Shown here: piece by piece, positions 1 to 16,146 of the stretch
Layout of the letters: the number at the start of each line of letters is the position of its first letter
How positions within the stretch are numbered: the first letter of the stretch is position 1
Source of the DNA: Paramecium tetraurelia
Lineage: Eukaryota
NCBI GenBank assembly: GCA_000165425.1
Contig: CT868274.1
Coordinates: 248,001 to 312,000, forward strand
Length of the DNA stretch: 64,000 nt
Direction: 5' to 3'
The notes under the pieces: model-generated
Database searches by the model: none
Told to the model about the DNA's origin: nothing
The model's input: the letters and a program-made list of their open reading frames with translations, nothing else
Program-made: the position numbers and the translations under genes

Positions 1-787
1 CCAATTTCATCCCTCATTCTAGCTGATACCAAAATTTCTTATATAGGAGGTCTAGAATTAGGCAAAGCTATTTCTAATAGTAAATTAAAGAAGTTGATAT
101 TAACCAATTGTAATCTAGGTCACAGCTCCAAGTAAGTGTATGACTATTTCATTTAGTATTTTAATGGAACAATTGCAATTCTTAGATGAAGTAGATTTTG
201 GAGTCCTTGGAAATAAAGCACTTCGCTATTTATCTTAATAAAAACATGAATTATCGCATTTAGGATTTCAAGAAGATCCAAAAGAAGTTTGGGATGTTTA
301 AACCAAAGAACTATTCTTGAAATCAATACCTAAATCGTTATTAAGCATTCAATTTTAAATAGATAATGCTGATCACAAAAAGTATCATTATTATATAATA
401 AAGATTCGTAGGAATTGCAGAAATCAAATGTTAGGAAAATAGAGATGCATATTTACGAAAAAAGGCTAATGAATATAAGAGTAAAGATCTAGATCCAGAT
501 CATCCAGACTATTATGACTGGTAAAATTAATCAAATAATTTAGTGATGATTTCAAAGTCAATGCATTTAAATTTAGTGTTAAATCTTATCTATCCAATGT
601 TTTTGAATCATTACTAGATGAGTCTTTGTATTATTTGGAAAAAGAAAGGCAAAATGTGCTCAGAGATGAAGCTATTTATCATGTAACAAATGAGTTATTA
701 CCCCAATCCATAATGGAAGATATTTGCCAAGCAGATGGCTCTTTGATTGTTTTAGCTAAATATCTTTTGACCAAAATTAAAAAATGA
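1..787 (+). CDS. Leucine-rich repeat (RNI-like) protein, 3' part
   Basis: Code-6 translation PISSLILADTKISYIGGLELGKAISNSKLKKLILTNCNLG fits LxxLxLxxNxI. 25-nt intron at 132-156; TGA at 785-787. Confidence 0.7.
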
Positions 788-827
788 TATAAAAATATAA
801 ATTCATCTTATAAATATCAATTGCGAA

Positions 828-2996
828 TCAACTTTATTACAGTCTATTTTATAAACAATCTGGAGATTGATGAATCTCTAGATCCTTTAAACTTTACACT
901 GATTCCTTACTACCCATAGCTTCAGAAATCTTTCTATCATCTAGTTCATTAGGCACATCTAATCTTATTTGATCTTCTAAGATTCTTTGTTCATCTTCAT
1001 TTTATTATTGTAAAATAGTTGTATAATTTTATTAAACAAGGTTAAACAAGCTTTTATTCTACATTGCGAATTGTAATAATTGGTTGTTCAATTACCAATT
1101 TTTATTCTTGTTTTCATTGATCTTCTAAAAATTGTCAACTAAATCTTAAGCATTTTCTGCTCCAAGTTAAGCTTTAAAAAACCTTGTAAGTTTAGCTAAT
1201 CTAACATTGATAGGTACTAAAATTGATTTGATAGAATAATACTTGTTGATGTAGCTGCATATCTAATGATATTTTAATTATTATCTATATGACTCTAATT
1301 ATTTTATTGTTATTGTAGTTGATTTATTGATTTGATCTATTTATTACTTGCAGTTAATATATCAAATAATTCCTTTTAATCAGTCATTTAATCTTAAAAG
1401 ACAGGAGAACAAAATGTATTGAAAAGCATAAGCTAATCATCATCAAACAAAAACAACTTTAAACAATCAATCTCATATAACTTCTTTAAAATGTTGGTTA
1501 AATCTAAATCGAATTCAATCTTTGATTTAGCTATTTATGATATCACTAATTCCTTTTCGTCTTCAATATTCTTTTTACAGCTTTTGAAGTATTTTCTAAT
1601 AATGTAAAGTACATATTAATAAAATGAGTAATTAATTGTATAATCAAAGATCTGAATAAAAGATGCAATATTACTTATTGTAATAATTTCTTTGAATTCT
1701 TTGCTGAAGCCTACATTTTCCCTGGTGTTTATGATTAGTTAACGTATGACAATTTCCTTTTCTGAACACTCTTTAAATCAAATTTAAAAACAGAATTCAT
1801 TAATATTTCAAAAGTCTTATGTTGATTGTATACTTTATAGAAGATTTTGATGATCTGCATCACAGCTAAACATAAAGCTGTAGCTTCTGATACTGCTGAT
1901 AAAATAACTGAGGGTAAGTCCTATTGAATAACAAAATAAAATGAAGTGTCAGATGAAGCTCTAATTTATTATTTGTTGATACCTTAAATAAAAAGTACAC
2001 AATCCAACTCCTGAAGAAATTGAAATAGGCTCTTGTCTCCTCTCTTATCTTTGAACAACTGATCCATTATATAATCTTTCAGTATTATCAATATTAAAAA
2101 TATCGCTAAAAAATTGAATCTTCTCTAAACAATATTTACATTAAATTTACTTAAATCCATTTATATTGGTTACATATAAATATCTTCATTGTCACCAATA
2201 CCAGTTGTTAATCTCCAAAATATATTAGTCGAAAAAACTTCAGCAGGACTTGAATAATTCAATGATTGTTTAATTTTTGATCCTTTTATAAACATATCCA
2301 CATTAACCCTTTTGATATTTAATAATAATACCCTTTATTGATAAAATCTTCAATCTCTTTAGAAGTTTTGCATGTATGACTAGTGGAATTGTTGCATACA
2401 CTGAGAGTTAATTTGATATAAGCAAAATATGGTTCATAAAATTGTCCTTATAATGTGAAATCTCCATCGAAACATATTAAATTCTCTTTTTACTCTTCAG
2501 TCATTGATGCAGAGTTAAAATTAAATTACTCAATTTTTTCCATAGAACATTTAGATTAGTTTAATGAACTGAAATTTCTTGTGAATCCCATTTTTCCTTC
2601 AACTCTTTGTTATTGAATATACTAGGCACTTAATGTAAAATAGCTAAATTGAACATGGCATAATTTACTCTTTGACATTTGTATTATTGCTCAAGATTTT
2701 TCCATCTAAAGTGGATAATTCCATAGAAAATATTGTATTTTCATTACTCAACACAAATTCATTGCTTTTGTCACTTTCTGTTCCTGCATAAATAGTGTTC
2801 TAATTTTGAATACTTCTTTGGAATACTCCAACAATGTAAAAGGATGTGAAAACTAAGAGGAGAATACTAATGAATCCTCCTAATATACTCAAATAAATAT
2901 AGAACCTATTGGAGTTAAAGATTTCTCTTTTTGTGATATATTAAATTCATATGGATCAACAAGAAGATCAGCTTTTTTTATAAAATTTCGAATCAT
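828..2996 (-). CDS. Ciliate-family membrane protein with N-terminal and late TM segments around a large loop
   Basis: Starts MIRNFIKKADLLVDPYEFNISQKEKSLTPIG-(intron)-GFISILL. Later hydrophobic segment DLPSVILSAVSEATALCLAVM followed by YN..LMNSVFKF. TGA at about 828. Confidence 0.6.
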
Positions 2997-2999
2997 TAA

Positions 3000-4505
3000 A
3001 TATATTAAAATATTGATTTACTTTTGATGAATAAACTGATTCTACCCCAATACGATGTATCTTGACATCATGTAATTTTGATAGAAAGAATAAAATCATT
3101 ATGCTTAAAATAAAAATAATTCATGTACTAGATTGATCTTTTCTTTGTCTCATCTAAAAATTTTAACATATCAATACTTCATTAATAACTGACTTCACAA
3201 AATTAGGATACACTTTCCACAATAATAAACAGTAATCTAAAATTCTTTCATTATATTTGTATTCTCCATTGTCATCAATTGTTAAACCAATCTCTGATAA
3301 TTTCTAATGGTTAGTCTTCAGATGATTTTTCAATTGATTGGGTTTCTTGTACACTTTCTGACATTTATGATAAGGACATTTGAAGATATTCTTCTCTGCA
3401 TTATAGGGTTATGATTTAAAATGCCTAATCCTAACTTCCTCAAATAGACGTTTAATCTTCTCATCAGTTGTCTAGTTTTCTAATTTAGATTGTATACATA
3501 TCTACTTTTTTCTAATGCCTCCCTCTACCTTTATACAAACTCCTCTGTAACATGAGGGAACAGATTTTAGAGATCCTTCTCTGATTTTTACTCATGTTCC
3601 TCTTCTGGTTCTTTTTCTTCTGGTTTTTCATTTTTCTCTGGTTTTTTTTCAGGATCTGGAATTGCTTCTGGTAATGATTATTATTGATCAAATGCTAAAA
3701 TTTTAATTTTAGGGATCGCCAAGGATTTTAAAAACTCTTGAAGAGCTTTCTTAGCATTAAATTAATTATTTCCTGCTTTTGTATACCAATCTCTTACAAA
3801 TTTAAAATGAATTTAAATCATCTATGCTTCATTTTTGTCTAAATTATTGAACAGATATGAATTACTTTGAATTTCTTGATGTAAATTTTGTACAGGTTTC
3901 TTATATTACTCAATTTTGTTGTATTTTATAATGGATTTAGTAGAAATCGTTAAAATATTATCATTTCCATTAACTTCGATCTCATCTGCATCTTCAAGTT
4001 TAAAATCGATCTTTTATTTTTATTATTATTGTTATTATTATTATTATTACTATTATTATTATTACTAATATTGGTATGTCTATTTAGTTTGCATCACTTA
4101 CAATATAAGGATTTTAATTCTGCTCCTCTTCCTTCTAATCTCTCGTAATCTTGTCTAAGGTAACAATTTATAAATTTCTATTGCCAATTTGAAATTTCAA
4201 GATAATGTCTTATTGATCATTTGTCAAAGTAGAACTAATTATGATTTCATTAAGATTGTTACTTGATAGATGGATTGGTTAATAATGTAAATGTTACTTT
4301 TTCCTGTAAGATGTCTTCAAATTAAAGTATTTTTACTTAATGTTTGTGTACTATTGGGAGGTGGCCTTATGCTTCCTGAAGGCATATATGTTAGATAACG
4401 ACTCCTTTGCAATGCATTCGGATTCTTCTATGATTAATTAAAGGATTCTATTAAAGTTTAAAGATTCTTATCTTAAGCGAAAGAGTTCTAAAATTTAGGA
4501 AGCAT
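3000..4505 (-). CDS. C2H2 zinc-finger protein with poly-Gln tract (3' end uncertain)
   Basis: ATG at 4505. Poly-Q from TAA/TAG/CAA at about 4015-4070. Zinc finger FKCPYHKCQKVYKKPNQLKNHLKTNH at about 3310-3390. Short introns present. Confidence 0.65.
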
Positions 4506-4616
4506 TATTTTATTTAATTATTTAATTTAATACAAATCTATTCTAAGAAAATGTATATGATAAATATGCTAATTAAATATTCGAGTTTATATATATAATA
4601 TATTAAGTTTAACAAA

Positions 4617-4980
4617 TCATTCTAAGATACATTCTTTGTTTTAAATTAATCGATTTGGATAAGCTATTTAGACAGGTGTGTTGATTTACTAAATTTAAGA
4701 AGCCGATTCTTCTTTATTCTTAATACACTATTTATTGTATATAGATGGTGTAAGACTGTATATTGTTGGATTATCTTTTCTAAGTTTGGATACACGATAA
4801 ATTTATTTATTTAATTTCATCTACAACTATCTCTATTTTTCAGAAATAACTCAGAAATTATTTTTTTTATCCTACAATTTAAGATCTTCTTACTTCCTCC
4901 TAACACATAAAAATTGTTAATTATTCAATCGAGTACTTAATCTATTTTCTTCAAATAATTGTATGGAATTAAATTTCATT
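4617..4980 (-). CDS. Small hypothetical protein
   Basis: Coding-like code-6 text ending at TGA 4617-4619; exon structure not resolved. Confidence 0.25.
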
Positions 4981-5144
4981 TGATTTTATTCAGCTTTCTT
5001 TTGAGAAGAATTGGCAATTCCACTTTATCTAATGCTTTCAACGATGATAATAAATTAAGAGTTTATAAAATGAATTGCAGCCTCTAGTCTTTTTGCTTCT
5101 TATTCAAATAATACAATTATTATTACTAAATTATATATACAGAA

Positions 5145-5925
5145 TCAATCACTCATGTAATCATCCTATTATTTTTATTATTATTATGAGATGATTCTAT
5201 TCTTAGGATTCTAAGGACAGTTAGCTTGAGTGTGGTGAGTGCTACTGCAAATATAGCATCCACCACCATATGCATAAAGTCCTTTAGGATTCTTGGGACA
5301 ATCTCTACTAATGTGGCCAGCCTCTTTGCAAACAAAGCATGTAGCAAATTTCAATGAGCCAGATTTAGGTTTTTAGCAATCTTTGAGGGTGTGTTTTTAA
5401 GAACCACAATTATAACAAATAACATCAGTGGTGGGTTGAACATTCTAGAATGTGATTGAAATATGATACCTCTCTACAATGTTAAGCAGTATGTCCAACC
5501 TTCTTGCATACGAGGCAAACTTTATCTTTCTCCTTCATTTTTAATTTCTTCTTTTCCTTTTATACTTCTTCAACTGTTTCTTGCTTTTTAGATAACTTCT
5601 TTTAAATTCTTCTTTCTAAATCTTTTTATTTCTTTTCTTCGATGACATTTGGATCTGGAATAGAATAGCAACTTTTACCGATTAACTTAACATTTCTTTT
5701 TAATTATGCTAGCTCGTGATACAATCTCTTGCGCTTAGTTTTATTGTCTGGACCTTAGAGTTCAGCAATCCTTGATTCCAGATTTTCAATTTTCTCTTAA
5801 TATTATTCTTCTGTCATATGCAAAATTCGAAGATTCGCCTCTGGTTTAGGTTCCTTTACAATCTTTTTGTTTACACCAGATTGTTTAGACTGCTTGGGAG
5901 AATTGTTGGCGATTTATTTTCTCAT
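5145..5925 (-). CDS. ZCCHC9: CCHC zinc-knuckle protein, ZCCHC9-like
   Basis: Four knuckles: CLVCKKVGHTAQHC, CYNCGSQKHTLKDC, FATCFVCKEAGHISRDCPKNPKGLY, GGGCYICSSTHHTQANCP. Two short introns. Confidence 0.85.
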
Positions 5926-5952
5926 ATAAAAATTAATAACCACATATTATTA

Positions 5953-7024
5953 TCATTTATTTGGTACACGATATTCCTCACCCAAATGTTCTGGTGGTTG
6001 TAAAGGTATGTTCAAACTATAAATTAGACAAAGCATTCATACACATTAGATTGATCCAATTTCTGCCCCTTTTCCAAGAAATACTCTCTAGTATATTTAT
6101 ACACTGCTGGTTCTGTTTTGCATTAATAATTCTTAGAATAATCAGCATAAAATTCTGGTTAGCCATACTTTTTTAAGACTCTCTCCTCGAAGGAAGGCAA
6201 TTTAGAGCAGCGTTCAATCTAATATAGATGATAAGATATAATTACTTCTTATTGAATCCATTCTTTAAATTTTCTGAAATCTCCATATCGAGTACAATTA
6301 ACTCTGAATGGGGCTTTCTCTTCTTGAGTCCAGAATTCCTCAAATGTTGGCCATTTCTACTTTCTGTAGATGGGCTTCAAATACTACTATTTATTATAAA
6401 ATTATTCTGTTCTATTGGGTCCCCAATGCTTTGTGGTTTATTTTGCATCATACCTTGAAATATAAATGAAGAATCAATACAAGCAAAACTTATCTAGATT
6501 GGAATCTTCAAAATCAAATTCTTTGGTGGCTAATTTGTTTCTCCATGGATCCATTCCCATACCAAATGCATGAATCAGTCCTTTTGGGGATAGATATATT
6601 TTGCACACCACAATTTCTGAATATTCGTCTGGTTTGTAATATGGATCATGAAAGGTAGTCCAAACATAGTAATCAGTCAATGATAAATCAAATCTATATT
6701 TAATTAGCATTCTTTTTACTTGGGACGATCATAAATAGCTACACGCTTTTACTTTGGCTAGATCACTTAGACTTCTTTTTCTTTTTCAGCCTTAACTAAT
6801 TTGGTGTATTTTAGATAAGTTTCAAAATTGTAATTGGTAGTATGAGTAAACCTCTCCTATTTAATATTTTCATCTAATAATCCACTTTATTCAAGTTGTT
6901 ATTATTTTTCTTTGATTGCTATTTGGAGTGCTCTCTTCTTTTGATTCACATTCTTTGGAGCTACAGGTTTTACAAATCTGCTGAAGATTTGACCCATGCA
7001 AAATCGAGGCAGATATAATTACAT
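5953..7024 (-). CDS. Hypothetical protein, possibly mitochondrial
   Basis: Continuous spliced ORF from MQLYLPRFCMGQIFSRFVKP to EYRVPNK*. Basic N-terminus lacking acidic residues. Confidence 0.65.
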
Positions 7025-7053
7025 ATTTTAATATTTTAATTTTTTAATTTTTA

Positions 7054-9154
7054 TCACACTTCTAATGCATCAAAACTCTAATTTATCAACTACATCACTC
7101 TAATAAGGAATTGTAACATTTAAAAGTGGTTCCATTTCCATTTATCTCTTTATATTGAATTATGCATTCTGATTACCACACCAAGATCTTCTAGCAACTC
7201 CATTATTGACATCCCATTACAGCATCATCCTGGCTCTTCTTGATGCATCATCTAAAACATTCAATAAATTAAATTACCTGAACCATCTAACACTAATCCA
7301 AATCCACCATTGATGACTTCTCCCCAACCTACTCCACCACCATTATGTAATGCTACCCAAGTTGCTCCTCTAAATGAATCACCTATCACATTCTGTACTG
7401 CCATATCTGCTGTAAATTAAGATCCATCATAAATGTCAGCAGTTTCTCTAAAAGGACTGTCAGTTCCAGAAACATCATGGTGATCTCTTGATAAAACAAT
7501 TGGTCCCAATATTTGTCCCTATTTTACAGCCTCATTGAATCTGAGTGCAATTTCAGTTCTTGCCTAAGTGTCAGCATATAATATTCTAGCCTATGATCCA
7601 ATAACTAATTTATTTTCTTCAGCCTTTCTTATCCAATCCAAATTATCAGTTAATTGATCTGCTACAATCTTTGGAGATTTTGTGATCAAATCCATTAGAA
7701 CTTGTTCAGCAATCTTATCTGTCAATTTCAAATCCTCAGGTAAACCACTAGTACATATCCATCTGAAAGGACCAAAACCAAGACTGAAGATATCTCCCAT
7801 AATATCCTAAAAGTAACTAGGATAACGAAATAGTTATTCATCATGCTCTGCATTGACATTAGCACCAGCTCTTCTGCTCTCCAATAGAAAACGATTTCCG
7901 TAATCCCAGAAATGCATACCTTTTTATGTCAATTTATTAATTGCATCTACTTATCTGATAAGTGATTCATACACCAATTTCTTGAATTATTCTGGATCCT
8001 TAACCATCATTTAATTTGCCTCTTCGAATGATAATTGAACAGGGTAATATCCCCCATTAAATGGATTGTGCAAAGATGTTTGATCAGATCCCAAATCAAC
8101 TATATTTATTTCCTCTTACGCCAACCTTTCCCATAATAAAACGATATTTCCCAGATATCCAATAGATTCTGCTCTTTTCTCTTATTTAGCTTATTTAATT
8201 TCTGCAACAACTTGTTCCACATCAGTAATCTTCTTCTTTACCCAACCTTACTTCAATCTCTTGTCCAAGGCTTTCTCTGAAACCTCTGCAATGACTGAAA
8301 TACATCCCAAAATGTCACCAGCCTTTGGTTATGCTCCACTCATTCCACCCAATCCAGATGAAACAAAAACTACGCCATTTAAAGAATCAGTCTTTAGATA
8401 TTTCCTTGTTGCATTCAATAATGTCAAAGTTGTTCCATGCACAATACCTTAACTTCCTATATAACAATAGCTTCCAGCAGTCATTTAGCCATACATTGTA
8501 TTTCCCAAAGCATAATGTTTCTCATAATGTGATTGAGTAGAATAATTAGGAATCATCATGCCATTGCTCAAAACAATTCTTGGAGCATCAGCATGACTAG
8601 GGAACAGTCCTTGTGGATGACCACTATTCATTACTAAAGTTTGATGATCAGTCATTTCACTTAGGTATTTCATTGTTAAGTGATACTAAGCCCAATTTTA
8701 AAACACACTACCATTACCACCATAAGTGATTAATTCATGTGGAAACTGTGCTACTTCATGATTGAGATTATTCATTATCATATGCATGATAACTTAAGCT
8801 TATTTGCACTTGCAGGGATATCTAAGCATTACCTAGATTCATACTTATCATATGGATATGCTTTCATCTCATAATTGGGAATCAATCTATACATGTATAT
8901 ATGTCCATATGTTTATAATTCATACAAAAACTCAGGTGCTAATTTCTCATGAAGATTTGGTTCAAAGTATCTCAATGCATTTTTCAATGCCAATTTTTAT
9001 TCCTACTCTCTCACATATGATTTACCTATTTATTTAAGCACAGATTCTTGCAAGGAGCATGAGGGATTAATTGATCTCGTACATAGCGATTCTTCTCAAA
9101 ATCAACTTAAATCCCTTTCTTTAAACTTTCCAAAAATGCGTAATCGATTTACAT
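7054..9154 (-). CDS. UROC1: Urocanate hydratase (eukaryotic long form)
   Basis: Motifs PHELITYGGNG, GQMTAGSYCYIGSQGIVHGT, GLGGMSGAQPKA, GSDQTSLHNP, SRDHHDVSGTDSPFRET, HNGGGVGWG. Confidence 0.97.
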
Positions 9155-10109
9155 ATTTTAATAATATTTATGATTTATTCCTATTTATAATCACTACTTT
9201 AACATGCCGTACTATATTCAATATATTCACATTTCTGAACTTCCAATATCAAATATACTTATGCAGAATATGAAAATTCCTATTTTATTCAATATCGATT
9301 AAATAAGTATATAATATCTAGTATTCGATTACCATTATTATTTTTCTCTCTAGAATTAGCACCCTACATGATATTATGTTCTTACTGTCTACCTTTAGTT
9401 TCTTCTCCTTAAAATAAAAAATTAAACTACTTTCTACTATTCCAATATTGTAATCCATAATAATTTCACTATTTTAATGAGATATTGTTGATCCACAATT
9501 ACACAATATTATAGAGTTATTCCATATTCCTTTCTCTATTATTTTAAGTTATTCATTTTAGTGACTAGAATTAATTAAACAAATCTGGACAGTCATTTTT
9601 TCATTAAAAGTATATTTGCATATTTCCTTCATATAATATAATTTTATCAATCAATATTCAAGTAATTAATGAATTTATTACTATTTAATGAATAATCGAT
9701 TATTAATTTTAAATAGTTAAAATCAAATTTACCTATATTTAATCATATTTTTTCAATAATATATTTTATACTATTGTTGATAATCTTAATGAAAGATTTA
9801 ATTAATTTATATTTCTCTCTTGGATTTCCAAGATGCAGTTTTTTAACAAAATTTAATTTTAATTTCCATCTATATTTAGAAAAAACTAAAATGAATTTAT
9901 TTGTAAAATAAGTTAATAGTTAATAAGGATATTGCAAACTCTTTTACTATCTATTATTAAAAAATTGATTTTTGGATTAATACTAAACTTATTAAAGTAG
10001 ATAATAGAGATGAGATAAACTGAAATTTAATCAAAGCTACTAATTTTACATAGCATTGAAGATGAAAAATATATTGAGAATAAAATAAAATTTAATGAAA
10101 TATAAGATT

Positions 10110-11755
<1,646 letters not shown>

Positions 11756-12542
11756 TAGTAGATGAAATAAGTTATCTAAATTAAATATTAAATAAAATAG
11801 ATGTAATACTCTTTTTTATAATCTAATGAGTAGTTCTAATCCTTATTAATCATTCTAATCAAAAAACTCACATAGTTTCTATATTGGAAGTTCATTTAAA
11901 CCTAAGTCTATTAGTTATAATTATTATATTTTAGTTTGAATTGCTGAAATTTAGAATTAACTTTTTTATCAAAGTATCCTATTTATTTAACATTAATTAA
12001 GATCAAATATACTCTATTTGATTTTAATAAAATCCATTTGAATTTGAATACTATTTTACTTATGTTCTTAATTCTAACACTTTTAGTTAAAGTAACACGG
12101 ATGATAGAATTTCATTACAGTTTACATAACATAATTTTATGTTTGAAATAATAGAAACTGTAAGTTTTTGTTTTGATGTTTTCGAATTTAATCTATATTT
12201 AAATCTATTTAATATTTTAATACAAAGAAAGGTTGGAGAAAAAGGGTTGTAATCAAGACAATAATTATCGTTTTAGCTATTCTTTTATCTCATCTATTTT
12301 TTAATTTGATATCTGTAAACAGAAGATTTAATAGAATCTAGGACGTTCAACATAGATGCCGTTAGATAGGAATTATATTCAAAGTAGGATAGGAACAATT
12401 TAGATATGTTACTTTATGAATTTATTCATATAATTTTATATATACAAAAACCAAAATTAGAAAGTTTTATATGTTTTAGAAATAGGTTGGGTATTAACAT
12501 TGAATTTTTATATTGTATGTAATTAGAAGATAAATATTATAT

Positions 12543-14520
12543 ATGAATTAAACTCAAAAGTCTTTTGATGTTTCCAAAGGAGGTGAGAAACTTTCAGATA
12601 TTGAGTCTCTAAAACGAAGAACATATAAGAAAATCTTAATGTATTGTGTATGAAAGAAATTAGGATGTCTTCAATGAACAAAAACATAATGAAATTCATC
12701 TAGAAAGCTTTTCAATTGGGTCCTAAATATCTGACTATTGAATGCCTTGTTGAAGATGTTAAGACCACTCCTTTCACTGAATTGGAACGATATGGAGCCA
12801 CGATTTTAGATAAAGATAGGCTGAAAGAGCTTTAAGAATTGTTAGGAAAAATTAAATAGATGATAGATTAAGATGTAAAATAACTGAGCAGTGATCAGTT
12901 AGTGGTATTATATATTTGTTAAAAGTAGTAATTAATCAAATATTTTGTTTTATCTCCAGTTGAGAAAACATATATTCAAAAAATAGAAGCTGAATTAGCA
13001 GAAACTGTAAAGATTAGAAATAATATTTATATAGAAAAATTTAGATGAATAAATCAAAGCAGCCTAATCTAGATAAAAAGTACAATAAGATTAAAAGATT
13101 GAAGAATATAGGCATGAAAAAAATGGATAATAAATAATTAAATAAAACTTATAATCACAACAGCATCAGATATCAGTACATGAAAATAAGTTAGAGAAAG
13201 CTAATCAAAAGTTAAATGAGATTGTTGCGCATAATAAATAATTGAGAGAAAAAATAAATTAATTGAGAAAAGAAAAAAATATGGTCGAAGAGTAAATGTA
13301 TAAGATAATTTTAGAATATCCAAAAATTTAGAAAAAGAATTAGAGGATAAGAAGAAAAATGTAGAGGAAACAATTAAATCTGCAGGATAAGCATATTATT
13401 ATAGAAATAAAGCAGAAGAAGAATTAACTAAACTACAAAAGAAAGCAGAGGCATAAAAAAAGGAGTTTGAATAAGAATGTGAATCTTTAAATGAGAAAAT
13501 ATAACATGATAAGAAATTTAAGGCATTTATTCAAAGCAAAAAGAAGGAACAAGAATATTTAGATAAACTAGAAAAATAAATTGCAGAAAATTAAGAAATT
13601 ATTAGATAGAAATCAGCATCTAATGCTTAAATTGATAAAGAGTATATGTTGAGTGCTTCTAAAGAATAAGAGATTAAGGATGCATTTGAAAGAATCAAAT
13701 AAGAAACAGGAATTCATGATAAAAAAAAGGAAAGAGAAAGTAAATAGTTATTAACTGTTTTCATTGAATTGTATTAAAATAATCAAATTATGTCATAATT
13801 TGTTAAAGAATTATAAGAAACTGTTGAAGAACTAGAAAGATAAATTGAAGAAAAAAAAGAAGAAATATAGATGTATTCAACAAAAGGAGCTACTAATGAT
13901 AATTAAAGAAGAGAATAAAAAATGGCATTATCAAATAAAATTTAACAAGAAGAGAAAAAAAAAGTTATACTTAAAGCACAATATGAAAAATCTATTGAAA
14001 CAATAAATTTAATTAAAAAATATTTGGAAGAAGTTTTCTAAGCCATTGATGTTGATGATGAAACAATCAAAAAACTAAGTAAGAAGTCTTTATTAATTTT
14101 AGAATCTGCTGCCATTACTGAAGAAAATATGGTACACTTTTTAGGAATATTGGAGTAGAAAGGATTAGATGCAATATAAGAATATGCTAGATTGATTGCA
14201 GAACAGTTGAAATTAGAAAAAGGAGAAGTGCATGGATTATCTTCCTAAGTTGATGATCTAAATAATATCATTGCTTATGAAAATGCTAACATTATGAATT
14301 ATTATTCACAAGCCTCATAATTTAGATAAGAGTGTCCAGATGATGTTCTTTCATTTAATGAAGAAGAAAATGATATCAAACAAAGGTGGTTTCAAGAAGA
14401 AGAATTCAAAAAGTAAGCAATGGAAGTATAAATATTGATATAAACAAGTCAATCTCTAAAAGATCAGGGCCAAAAAAGCCTATCAAGCCAAAGTTCAAAG
14501 AAAGAGAATAAAAACAATGA
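12543..14520 (+). CDS. Outer dynein arm docking complex subunit (ODA-DC2/CCDC114-like) coiled-coil protein
   Basis: ENKLEKANQKLNEIVAHNKQLREKINQLRKEK, AFERIKQETGI and ITEENMVHFLGILEQ resemble DC2/ODAD1 motifs. Confidence 0.8.
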
Positions 14521-14609
14521 GATATATTATACTCATCTATATTCAATTACATTTTTGTACATAAGATATCATGCTGAGATTATGAATTAAAAAATAATAA
14601 ATATAATAA

Positions 14610-15225
14610 ATGACTTCATTAACCTTAATTCTACAAGTGGATGGATACGAATAATAAATACAACTCGAGTAATCTGTGAGAGTAAACGAACTTTTCGACT
14701 TTATCTAAAGCATAATGAAGTATAAATAATATTTAAACTAAAAGTATATCATCAAGGACTGAGGATTGGACATGCTTTTCAAGTGTATAAAATAGATTTA
14801 TGAGTAGAGATGAGGAGATTCAAGGGTAATAGAATGACTCTCTGATAATAGAAACAAAATAATAATCTGCAAAAATTGATATTAAATAAGAACAATCACC
14901 TTAAATTCCTTTAAGTATCATTATTGAAAATGGGAATAGCAGAGAAGAAATTGAAGGAAATTATGATATATAGACATCACTTAATGAAATAGCAGAATCT
15001 ATTTTAATACATTGTTAATTAAACCAATAATAGTAAAATTCAGATCATAATATATAGAAATCCGCCTTTTGTTTCCCTTATGATATAAAATTAAGCATAT
15101 AATGATGTGATAAAGAGAAGCAAATCATTAGCATAATTACAAATTAAAAATTATACCAAAATAGAAGCGAGGATAAACTGATCTGCATGAATGAACAATT
15201 ATTTTGACTATATATATATAAATGA
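14610..15225 (+). CDS. Hypothetical protein with putative divergent ubiquitin-like module(s)
   Basis: MTSLTLILQVDGYEQQIQLEQSVRVNELFDFIQ...WTCFSS...NDSLII. Same motif as the gene at 19430-21026. Confidence 0.55.
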
Positions 15226-16146
15226 GATACTCATATGTTTAAACTATTTTTTATGTTTTAAAGAATTCAGTTATATTAAATACCTATGTAATTAAATGAA
15301 ATTTAGTTTAAATATTATATGAGGATTGTTATTTATATGTTCTATTTAAATGTTAATATAAAACATATAAACATAAAGGACAACTAAAGTTAGAATATGA
15401 ATTGTGAATCCATATATCTCTTAAATAAATTAATATGAAAATTGAAATTAAATAAAATATAAATTATATATATGTTAATTATAAAGTTATAGATAAAGAC
15501 ACAAGGTGAATATTTTGAATATTTTCTAATAATTCTAATAGCCCTTTTTTTAATGAAATAAAAGCTTCGATATAATAGAATTAAAAAAGTATATAATAAT
15601 ATAAATTTCAATTAAAAAAAATATATAACCCTTAATTATATAGGTTTAATATCAAGAAAGACAATAAAATATCGAAAAATATTTAGAAATTTAATAAAAG
15701 TATTCTTAATTTTTACACACACTTCTACTTTTTAAACTATGGAGTAAGACTTTGTCTAAGAATTAAATCTAGGGTATTTAGTAAGGCTAAGTATGATGAA
15801 TTGGAGTTACAATGATTTTAAATTTAGTCATTTTATAGAAAAAAATAATTAGAATTAATATATAATTTTTATTAAAACTTTTTTAATAATTAAGAATATT
15901 ATAGCAATCTTCATTAAATGGCAATCTTATTTAACACTTTATAGGGTTGTATTGATTGACAAATGATTTTACTTATGAGTATTCAACTAGAAATTCTTCA
16001 GAACGGATAATTTTGAATATATAAGTATTTGTTAAAATAGTTGTATGATTGTATATTAATTAACAAAAAACTAATTGTTTTTTGATTTAGAAATCTTTTC
16101 ATAGTAATTATAATTGTGAAATTAATACTAGACATTTTTTAAAATA

